Notes: generated by a model not told the origin, from the sequence alone. A DNA stretch of 39,847 bases from a virus (IMGVR_UViG_3300046519_000060:128001-167847), one strand, 5' to 3'. Positions 1 through 6,034 are shown, counted from the first letter of the stretch. Numbers and translations are program-made.

Positions 1-225
1 TTCGCGATCATCCGTCAGTACGACCGCGAAACCGGCAACGTTGGCATCGGCATCGTTCCGCTGGCCGACCTGACGGCAAATGGTTCCGTGCAAATCAGCA
101 CGTCGCAAGTGGTCTACACTGGCCAACCGAACGAACAGTTCTTGAAGCACTACACCGAGAAGGTGAACCCGCCGCTGGTTCAAGTGGCAGAGAAGAAGCT
201 GATCGTGCCGGGTGAAGGCGCGTAA
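1..225 (+). CDS. hypothetical protein, 5' truncated by window edge
   Basis: Open frame 1 (FAIIRQYDRETGNVGIG...KLIVPGEGA*) ending TAA at 223-225. Confidence 0.75.
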   Translation, partial: FAIIRQYDRETGNVGIGIVPLADLTANGSVQISTSQVVYTGQPNEQFLKHYTEKVNPPLVQVAEKKLIVPGEGA

Positions 226-240
226 GAAGTAACAGGTATT

Positions 241-281
241 GACAAAGCCGGGAATGTTCTCTTGACATTCCCGGCTTTGTC
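241..281. repeat. perfect 17-bp inverted repeat overlapping a promoter
   Basis: GACAAAGCCGGGAATGT (241-257), 7-nt loop, ACATTCCCGGCTTTGTC (265-281). Confidence 0.9.
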
Positions 282-290
282 GTTTATACT
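262..290 (+). promoter_or_regulatory. sigma70-type early promoter
   Basis: TTGACA-17 nt-TATACT, upstream of RBS AGGAGA. Confidence 0.8.
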
Positions 291-318
291 GGCCGGAAAT
301 CAACAGGAGAAATATAAG

Positions 319-642
319 ATGAAAATGACGACCGAACAGTACGAAGCCCTGAAAGCCGATGTCGATGCTGTTGCCCTGCACTGCCGACTGCTGCGCCGTG
401 GCGATACCTCACTGGCAGTCATGTGGGCCATCCTGCACGAAATCAACGCTCAACGGTCCTACTCGGATGAACACCCGCGCTGGAAGGTCCGTGAACGCTT
501 CCTGACCGCCACGCACGTTAACAAGAAGCACTGGCTGACCGACCTCTATGACGCGGGCCTGAACGATGTCCACATCAAGACGGCCCTCATGAAGATCGTG
601 ACCGAGTGGGGACGAATTCCCAAAGTTGAAAATAGTCATTGA
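319..642 (+). CDS. hypothetical protein
   Basis: ATG at 319 after AGGAGA; the longer TTG start lies inside the promoter. Confidence 0.75.
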   Translation: MKMTTEQYEALKADVDAVALHCRLLRRGDTSLAVMWAILHEINAQRSYSDEHPRWKVRERFLTATHVNKKHWLTDLYDAGLNDVHIKTALMKIVTEWGRIPKVENSH

Positions 643-667
643 CACTCCCAGATTCGTTTGATAATAT
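639..667 (+). promoter_or_regulatory. sigma70-type early promoter
   Basis: TTGACA-17 nt-TAATAT followed by the shared CATCGACAAC leader. Confidence 0.65.
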
Positions 668-700
668 ACACACATCGACAACAAACACGGAGCGACGAAC

Positions 701-1315
701 ATGGCAAAGATCAACTACCAAGCAAACGACGAACGCGGCGAACGCTTCCTGCTGATCCGTCTGGACAACGACCGTGGTAGCGATTACGCCCACATCAAGG
801 TCCAAGTCGTGCGTGCGGCAGTCCGTGACAGTGTGGACCCCGAGACGGGTCGCAAGCAGTACAACGATGGCGAGAACGCAACGGGCTATCGCAACTGCAA
901 GTGGTCCTCGGACAAGAACAACGCGCTGTACGTGGAAGATTTGTTCATCAATTCGCAAATCACCAAGCGCAGCATCAGCGGTGAATTCCCGGAAGAATTC
1001 AAGCCCTATGGCGTCGAACTGCGCTTCAAGCCGTTTGTTGTCGATGCCAGTAGCGCCCGCAAGATGGCCGACACGTTCGACAAGATCGGCAAGAAGCTGT
1101 CGCAGTATGACGAGGAATTCGGCTACTGCAACGACGATCTTCCGGCCTACATTCTGCGCGTCGCCAAGGCACTGAACATCAAGAAGTTCCTGACCGTGCC
1201 GAAGGAAGGTTCGCAGTGGTTGGATCGTGGCGAATACCGCGTCTGGAACGCCCCGGATGTCTCGTACATCGTGAGTTCCATGCTGGACGAAGTGAAGCCC
1301 GCCAAAGCCGAATGA
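701..1315 (+). CDS. hypothetical protein (204 aa)
   Basis: GGAG RBS, typical codon usage. Confidence 0.8.
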   Translation: MAKINYQANDERGERFLLIRLDNDRGSDYAHIKVQVVRAAVRDSVDPETGRKQYNDGENATGYRNCKWSSDKNNALYVEDLFINSQITKRSISGEFPEEFKPYGVELRFKPFVVDASSARKMADTFDKIGKKLSQYDEEFGYCNDDLPAYILRVAKALNIKKFLTVPKEGSQWLDRGEYRVWNAPDVSYIVSSMLDEVKPAKAE

Positions 1316-1551
1316 CAACGCAAAAACCAGTTCTGATCCTGTCGCCCTTTGAGTGGGCGGCAGTTGTCAACATGATAAAGAGGGGAATCGCTATGTTCGA
1401 ACGCTACACCACGTATGACCGTTCGCTGGATGCACGAGACGCCAAGATCGCGAAGTGCAAGTCGCAACTGTCGCTGGCCTATGCGTCGCGTAACAAGGCC
1501 GAAGTGACCCGCCTGACGACGCAGTTGAAGCGTCTGGGATGGTCCCTGTGA
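1312..1551 (+). CDS. hypothetical protein (alternative start 1393)
   Basis: ATGA overlap with previous stop; second RBS AGGGG before ATG 1393. Confidence 0.6.
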   Translation: MTTQKPVLILSPFEWAAVVNMIKRGIAMFERYTTYDRSLDARDAKIAKCKSQLSLAYASRNKAEVTRLTTQLKRLGWSL

Positions 1552-1763
1552 CGCAAGGAATGCTGCACAGTGACTTCGGCTACAGGTTCAAGATTGGTGA
1601 CATCTTGGTTCACGTTGCCGACTGGCACGATGTCATCACGATCATGCAACGGTTCAACGATGTTGACTCAGACATCGACTACTACTGGATTCGTGACGAA
1701 CGCGGAATACGGTCGATTCTGAAATCTTCCTACGTCGAACAAAACTACAAACCTGCACCGTAG
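1548..1763 (+). CDS. hypothetical protein
   Basis: GTGA overlap with previous stop. Confidence 0.6.
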   Translation: MTQGMLHSDFGYRFKIGDILVHVADWHDVITIMQRFNDVDSDIDYYWIRDERGIRSILKSSYVEQNYKPAP

Positions 1764-1822
1764 CACAGAAACAACAAGTTTGTAGAAGAAGTAAAGAAAG
1801 TAGAAAACAACAACGAAATAAC

Positions 1823-1852
1823 TTGACGACATACCCAAACTTGTGAGATAAT
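1823..1852 (+). promoter_or_regulatory. sigma70-type promoter
   Basis: TTGACG-18 nt-GATAAT with CCCAAACTTG box in spacer. Confidence 0.55.
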
Positions 1853-1879
1853 GTCGTTATTGGTTGAACGGGGAATTGA

Positions 1880-2413
1880 ATGAATCTGCTGCATGACTTG
1901 TACTTCCTGTCGTCGCTTGATCTGCACCGCGATGACGATACGTTCCTGACTAACTTCGACAAGAGCGAAGTGGTTCACTACCATCAAGCGATCACGCAGG
2001 ACTTGATCGAGAACAATCCCAACTACTCGTTGGAAATCCGCAAGGATGCCTACGATGTGTATGGCAATCGTGTCTACGACTGCTATGCGCTGCATGTGGT
2101 CGGTGATCGTGTGCGCGATATGTCGAACTTCTGGAACATCTTCTGGAAGATGGGCAAAAGACGCGAAAGCGGCGGTGAAGGAATGAAGCCGACTGTGTAC
2201 TACACGAAGGCCAACAGCCCTATCGTCTCTGGCGAACGTGTGTCGGTCGATCTGATCGAGCATTACCGTCTGGGTCAATCGAATGGTCATCGCGCCTTCA
2301 CGTCACCGGTTGTCACGGTTGGTGAAGATGGCACGACATTCGAGACGAAGAATTCGATGTACGTTCTGCGCGAAGCGCCGGAACAGTATGAACCGATGTG
2401 GCATCCGGTATAA
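1880..2413 (+). CDS. hypothetical protein; probably two genes fused by a 1-nt insertion (second start 2183)
   Basis: Internal GAAGGA-ATG at 2183; an alternative frame AKDAKAAVKE* stops at a TGA overlapping that ATG. Confidence 0.6.
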   Translation: MNLLHDLYFLSSLDLHRDDDTFLTNFDKSEVVHYHQAITQDLIENNPNYSLEIRKDAYDVYGNRVYDCYALHVVGDRVRDMSNFWNIFWKMGKRRESGGEGMKPTVYYTKANSPIVSGERVSVDLIEHYRLGQSNGHRAFTSPVVTVGEDGTTFETKNSMYVLREAPEQYEPMWHPV

Positions 2414-2416
2414 ATA
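2409..2416 (+). promoter_or_regulatory. T4-type late promoter
   Basis: Exact TATAAATA at the head of the tRNA cluster. Confidence 0.75.
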
Positions 2417-2425
2417 CAGAGCATA

Positions 2426-2485
2426 GGCAGTTCGCGGGATTCTGCCAGTGATGTGATAACGACATCCGAATCAACATCCGCACCA
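2426..2485 (+). ncRNA. putative CCA-terminated structured RNA (possible pseudoknot)
   Basis: GGCAG/CTGCC stem whose loop GCGGG can pair with 3' TCCGC, then ACCA. Confidence 0.4.
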
Positions 2486-2487
2486 GT

Positions 2488-2563
2488 GCCGGTTTAGCTC
2501 ATCTGGTAGAGCACTTGACTTGTAATCAAGGGGTGGCGGGTTCGAGTCCTGCAACCGGCACCA
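2488..2563 (+). tRNA. tRNA-Thr(TGT)
   Basis: GCCGGTT/AACCGGC acceptor, CTTGA-CT TGT AA-TCAAG anticodon arm, TTCGAGT T loop, encoded CCA. Confidence 0.95.
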
Positions 2564-2602
2564 AGAACAACTAGTGAAGTAGAAAACCCTAAAGGAAATA
2601 GC

Positions 2603-2815
2603 ATGTCCCGTCAGTCGAAGCAAGCCAAGAACGCAGCACGCGCCAAGATGTTCGCAAACGGTGGTCCGAAGTCCACCACGCCGAAGCACGGTAAAGACCC
2701 CGCCAAGCGCATCTACACGGCCCGTAGCCGTTCGCTGGAAGCGTTCCAAGCCAAGGGTAAGGAAGCCCGCAAATCGGCTGGTAAGCCCGCTGCTGGCAAA
2801 GGCGGTCGCAAGTGA
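2603..2815 (+). CDS. small highly basic (K/R/A-rich) protein
   Basis: AAGGA RBS; composition suggests nucleic-acid binding. Confidence 0.7.
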   Translation: MSRQSKQAKNAARAKMFANGGPKSTTPKHGKDPAKRIYTARSRSLEAFQAKGKEARKSAGKPAAGKGGRK

Positions 2816-3045
2816 AGTCGGATGTCTCACAAGCAATAGAAGTCTTTCGTCCGATCACCGTGACGATCACCCTCGAAACGGCAAGGGAAGCCGACGCGTT
2901 CCGTATGTTGGTGGACAACTACGAATCGGTGTGTGAGGCAGTGACCCCGAGCATCGAGAAGGAAATGGCACTACGCAACATTCTGGTTCCGCTGAATGCG
3001 CGACTGGCGGCAAGTGGTCTGTTCACCGGACTGACGTACCTGTAA
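2812..3045 (+). CDS. hypothetical protein, FxPxT paralog 1
   Basis: GTGA overlap; FRPITVTITLET motif. Confidence 0.7.
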   Translation: MKSDVSQAIEVFRPITVTITLETAREADAFRMLVDNYESVCEAVTPSIEKEMALRNILVPLNARLAASGLFTGLTYL

Positions 3046-3120
3046 CGAATCTTCACCCGTCGCACCGGCAACCCGCGTTCAAGCTAGAGGGCGGTAATTG
3101 TTTGTGGCAGTGATTTGTAT

Positions 3121-3275
3121 GGAGAGGACGGTATCCATGCAGTCGAAACCCTGACCGATCTTAGTGGCGGATGGCGCGTCAAGCACAGGGAAATTTAAAG
3201 CCGGATTGGTTCTCCTTATCGGACCAAAGGTGTGCGTGATACTAGGCGGTAGTGATGTGCTAGTTCGCATACCTT
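3121..3275 (+). ncRNA. structured non-coding segment upstream of tRNA-Ser
   Basis: GGAGAG/TTCTCC and CCCTG/CAGGG nested stems, then AAGGTGTGCG/CGCATACCTT hairpin. Confidence 0.35.
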
Positions 3276-3277
3276 CT

Positions 3278-3367
3278 GGCGGGATGGTAGAGCGGTTTAT
3301 TACACCGGTCTTGAAAACCGGCGAAGGTGAAAGCCTTCCGTGAGTTCGAATCTCACTCCCGCCGCCA
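3278..3367 (+). tRNA. tRNA-Ser(TGA)
   Basis: GGCGGGA/TCCCGCC, CCGGT-CT TGA AA-ACCGG, long variable arm, G73, CCA. Confidence 0.95.
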
Positions 3368-3376
3368 GAATTCAAT

Positions 3377-3502
3377 GGGACTGGTGTCTGAGTGGTTTAA
3401 GGTGTGGGTCATTAGCGCGTCTGCGTGAGGACTCTAGTCGGTATGAATACCTTGGCTGTATTCCTCTATCGACCGCAGGTTCGAATCCTGCCCGGTCCCC
3501 CA
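3377..3502 (+). ncRNA. tRNA-His-like RNA with 12-nt anticodon-loop insert and long variable arm
   Basis: G-1:C73, GGACTGG/CCGGTCC acceptor, canonical T arm, CCA; loop AT[TAGCGCGTCTGC]GTG AG. Confidence 0.65.
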
Positions 3503-3508
3503 TTACAT

Positions 3509-3597
3509 GGTCGCTGCATGGTTGCTTCATGATGATAATGGTTCACTCACAGGCGTCGTGAACTTCATCTACCGGTTCGATTCCGGTGCGATCACCA
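3509..3597 (+). ncRNA. tRNA-like RNA with no canonical anticodon arm
   Basis: GGTCGC/GCGATC acceptor, ACCGG-TTCGATT-CCGGT T arm, ACCA; GTTCAC/GTGAAC stem with 11-nt loop. Confidence 0.6.
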
Positions 3598-3624
3598 AGA
3601 CAACTAAACTGAGTAGAAAACTAG

Positions 3625-3831
3625 ATGCGAGTAGAACAAAACGAAGTGGTCCAGTTTCAACCGTTGACGGTTCATCTGGAAACGCAGCATGAAGTCGATA
3701 CGTTCAAGCAGTTGGTTCAAATGGCGTATCAAGAATCGCATTCGGGTTCGGACATCGAAGCACTGGCCGAAAAGCTGCGTGACATGCTGGACAGTACCGG
3801 TGGTTGGCAATCTTCGTCGTACAACTGCTAA
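3625..3831 (+). CDS. hypothetical protein, FxPxT paralog 2
   Basis: FQPLTVHLET motif. Confidence 0.7.
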   Translation: MRVEQNEVVQFQPLTVHLETQHEVDTFKQLVQMAYQESHSGSDIEALAEKLRDMLDSTGGWQSSSYNC

Positions 3832-3840
3832 GGACACACG

Positions 3841-4014
3841 ATGAAGTTTGAACGCGAGCAACCGAAGTTTCGTCCAATCACGCTGACCATTCAATCGGAA
3901 TACGAACTGAATTTTCTGATAGATGCGTTGCAGATTGCGTCGGACAATACATCCATCGCTGATCTGGTGGCATCGTGTAATGCGATGGAAGCCGAACTTC
4001 AAAAGCTGAAATAA
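3841..4014 (+). CDS. hypothetical protein (57 aa), FxPxT paralog 3; not in ORF track
   Basis: AAGGA RBS; MKFEREQPKFRPITLTIQSEYELNFLIDAL... Confidence 0.7.
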   Translation: MKFEREQPKFRPITLTIQSEYELNFLIDALQIASDNTSIADLVASCNAMEAELQKLK

Positions 4015-4033
4015 GTCTCAAAATCTTCGTTTG

Positions 4034-4041
4034 TATAAATA
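4034..4041 (+). promoter_or_regulatory. T4-type late promoter
   Basis: Exact TATAAATA upstream of the second tRNA sub-cluster. Confidence 0.75.
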
Positions 4042-4058
4042 GAGAACCGAAATGAATT

Positions 4059-4132
4059 CGCGGGTTCCGATAGTCGGACGCAGGGTTCATATCCCTGTCT
4101 GGGAGAAGGAGCGTTACCTTCGCCCGCTACCA
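4059..4132 (+). tRNA. initiator-type tRNA-fMet(CAT), atypical D and T loops
   Basis: C1xT72 mismatch, GGG/CCC anticodon stem, TT CAT AT loop, ACCA; 3-nt D loop; T loop AGCGTTA. Confidence 0.75.
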
Positions 4133-4137
4133 AACAA

Positions 4138-4267
4138 GTCTTGATGATCCGTTCAAGTGGGCCTTGTACTCCCACTTTCCTTTACACAGTCTCTAGGGAT
4201 AATGGCAGGGAACGTAGGTCAAGACGGTACACGCTGCGACTCAGGTAGCGTCAAAACACTGAGGCCA
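4138..4267 (+). ncRNA. multibranched RNA followed by an H-type pseudoknot ending in G-CCA
   Basis: GTCTTGAT/GTCAAGAC, CGTTC/GAACG, AAGTGGG/CCCACTT; S1 ACGCTGC/GTAGCGT, S2 CTCAG/CTGAG, GCCA. Confidence 0.55.
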
Positions 4268-4269
4268 AT

Positions 4270-4348
4270 TCCGCGAAACCCGAGCAAGGTGCATGGGCTT
4301 GACTGTTAATCAATGGCTAGGTGAGTTCGATTCTCACACGCGGAGCCA
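4270..4348 (+). tRNA. tRNA-Asn(GTT)
   Basis: TCCGCG/CGCGGA acceptor, TTGA-CT GTT AA-TCAA, TTCGATT, G73, CCA. Confidence 0.9.
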
Positions 4349-4389
4349 AGTATTTTACGTTTGTCAGTATCGGGAAAACTGACATCAGC

Positions 4390-4464
4390 GGGTTGATAGT
4401 TTATACGGTAAAACCTTGGACTCCAAACCCAAAGAACAACGTTCAAGTCGTTGTCGGCCCGCCA
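4390..4464 (+). tRNA. tRNA-Trp(CCA)
   Basis: GGGTTGA/TCGGCCC, CT CCA AA loop, TTCAAGT T loop, G73, CCA. Confidence 0.9.
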
Positions 4465-4531
4465 AGTTTTTGATTCCTGTCCTACCCCAAGCAAGCTGAT
4501 TGCCCTTGACGAATGTGGATAGGAGTCCTTT

Positions 4532-4609
4532 GGGACTGTAGCTGAGACGGTCGCAAGCGCCGGTTTGAAAAACCGGAGTACGTTGGTTCAACTCCAACCG
4601 GTCCCACCA
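4532..4609 (+). tRNA. tRNA-Phe(GAA)
   Basis: GGGACTG/CGGTCCC, CCGGT-TT GAA AA-ACCGG, CCA. Confidence 0.92.
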
Positions 4610-4684
4610 TGAATTTGATAACCATAAGTAAAAAGGCCAAACGGGGATTCACAATCCAACCACATAATTAGGTCTTTAGCAGTA

Positions 4685-5626
4685 ATGCAGAATAGTAAGC
4701 TTTATGTTATAGCGGTAATGTCGAACCCTGTCCGATATGAAAGCCGCGAGCGGTTGTTCCATGAATTCGCATCACGCATGGAAGCAACGCCAAACGTACA
4801 GTTGATTCGAGTGGAACATGCCCTTGGTCGTCGTCCCCATGCCGTAACCGATCCGAAGTGTCCTTGGCACGTTCAGTTGCGTGGCGGTTCGGAGTACGAA
4901 CTATGGATCAAAGAAGGCATGATTAACGCGGGTTTGAAGCATCTGTACAAGATGGACCCGAATTGGGAATACGTCGCATGGGTCGATGCAGACATCAGCT
5001 TCGATAATCCTGATTGGGCGCTGGAAACGATCCATGCCTTGCAGCACTACAGCGTGGTTCAACCGTGGTCGATGTCCTACGACATTGGTCCCGACAACAA
5101 GCAAGTGATTCATGCAGCATCTTCGTTTGGTCACGACTACGCAACGGGTACGAAGCGTCGTCCGTGGGCGATCTACGAAGAATCGTATCATCCGGGCTAT
5201 GCTTGGGCGGCAACGCGCGAAGCAATCGATGGTCTGGGCGGTAAGCTGATCGAGTGGTGTCCTCTGGGCGCTGCTGACCATCACATGGCCCATGCCTTCA
5301 CCGGCAACATCTGGGCTGCTGTACCTGACTTTGTTGGTTCATCATATCGTCGTCGTGCATCGCAGTTTCAATTGCTGTGTGACCGGTATGTAAAGCATAA
5401 CTTCGGTTACGTCGATGGCGCGATCCGTCACTACTGGCATGGTCCGAAGCGCAAGCGTTACTACATCGAGCGCAACGACATCCTGAAACGCAATCGCTTT
5501 GATCCTGATTGGGATTTGGGCGTTGATAGAAATGGTCTGCCCTTCCTCACGGATGGCAAGCCGCAATTCCGCGATGAAATCCGCCTGTACTTCCGTGCTC
5601 GCGACGAAGATTCGATGGAACTGTAA
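4685..5626 (+). CDS. GT-A fold glycosyltransferase-like protein
   Basis: WIKEGMINAG, YVAWVDADISF (DxD), HPGYAWA, GAADH and HYWHG motifs. Confidence 0.6.
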   Translation: MQNSKLYVIAVMSNPVRYESRERLFHEFASRMEATPNVQLIRVEHALGRRPHAVTDPKCPWHVQLRGGSEYELWIKEGMINAGLKHLYKMDPNWEYVAWVDADISFDNPDWALETIHALQHYSVVQPWSMSYDIGPDNKQVIHAASSFGHDYATGTKRRPWAIYEESYHPGYAWAATREAIDGLGGKLIEWCPLGAADHHMAHAFTGNIWAAVPDFVGSSYRRRASQFQLLCDRYVKHNFGYVDGAIRHYWHGPKRKRYYIERNDILKRNRFDPDWDLGVDRNGLPFLTDGKPQFRDEIRLYFRARDEDSMEL

Positions 5627-5650
5627 AGAACACCTAAAGTGTAGGGTCTT

Positions 5651-5681
5651 GGACGTTCCCCTTGGAAAAGAACGTCCACCA
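5651..5681 (+). ncRNA. CCA-terminated minihelix
   Basis: GGACGTTC-11 nt-GAACGTCC followed by ACCA. Confidence 0.4.
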
Positions 5682-5683
5682 AT

Positions 5684-5831
5684 CGGGGAACCTGTTCGTG
5701 TGTGAACGAACGCCCGCGTGGAGCGGGGAGTAAGGTAATACTGGATGGCGAGTATGGTTCGTGGGGAGTTACAACACGTTGAAAGTCATTCTAATAACTT
5801 CGCGTTAGGTTCGATTCCTAGTCCCCGACCA
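5684..5831 (+). ncRNA. tRNA-Pro(TGG)-like RNA with about 75-nt expanded variable region
   Basis: CGGGGA/TCCCCG-A-CCA acceptor, TAGG-TTCGATT-CCTA T arm, CCCG-CG TGG AG-CGGG arm. Confidence 0.6.
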
Positions 5832-5832
5832 A

Positions 5833-6010
5833 GGATCGTAGTACATGTAAGGACAGCCCTTTGAGACATACAAGATTGAAGATGGGGACGCCCTGAAAGT
5901 CGTCGAACGTGTAGAACAACTGGTAGGTGATGTTATGACTACCAGCTACAAGCGGCGCAATGCGACATCCTGAATCGAAAGTGAGGGATGTTCGCGGATC
6001 GTAGTACATG
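5833..6010 (+). repeat. 15-bp direct repeats flanking a 148-nt structured segment
   Basis: GGATCGTAGTACATG at 5833-5847 and 5996-6010. Confidence 0.85.
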
Positions 6011-6034
6011 ACAACAACGAATCAAACATAAGTA

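Noticed and set aside
2426-2481. HDV-like/theta ribozyme (G start, P4-like hairpin, CGAAT)
   Set aside because: Only 11 nt inside the first stem, too few for P2, P3 and L3; it also lies 5' rather than 3' of a tRNA
3143-3160. Hammerhead ribozyme (CGAAA...CTGA)
   Set aside because: CTGACCGA does not match CUGANGA and the stems do not fit the core
5684-5831. tmRNA
   Set aside because: No G3:U70 Ala identity, too short, no tag ORF
5886-5912. Group II intron domain V (TGAAAGTCG)
   Set aside because: No AGC/CGC triad stem and no other intron domains
5833-6010. CRISPR array
   Set aside because: Only two 15-bp repeats separated by 148 nt; no cas genes
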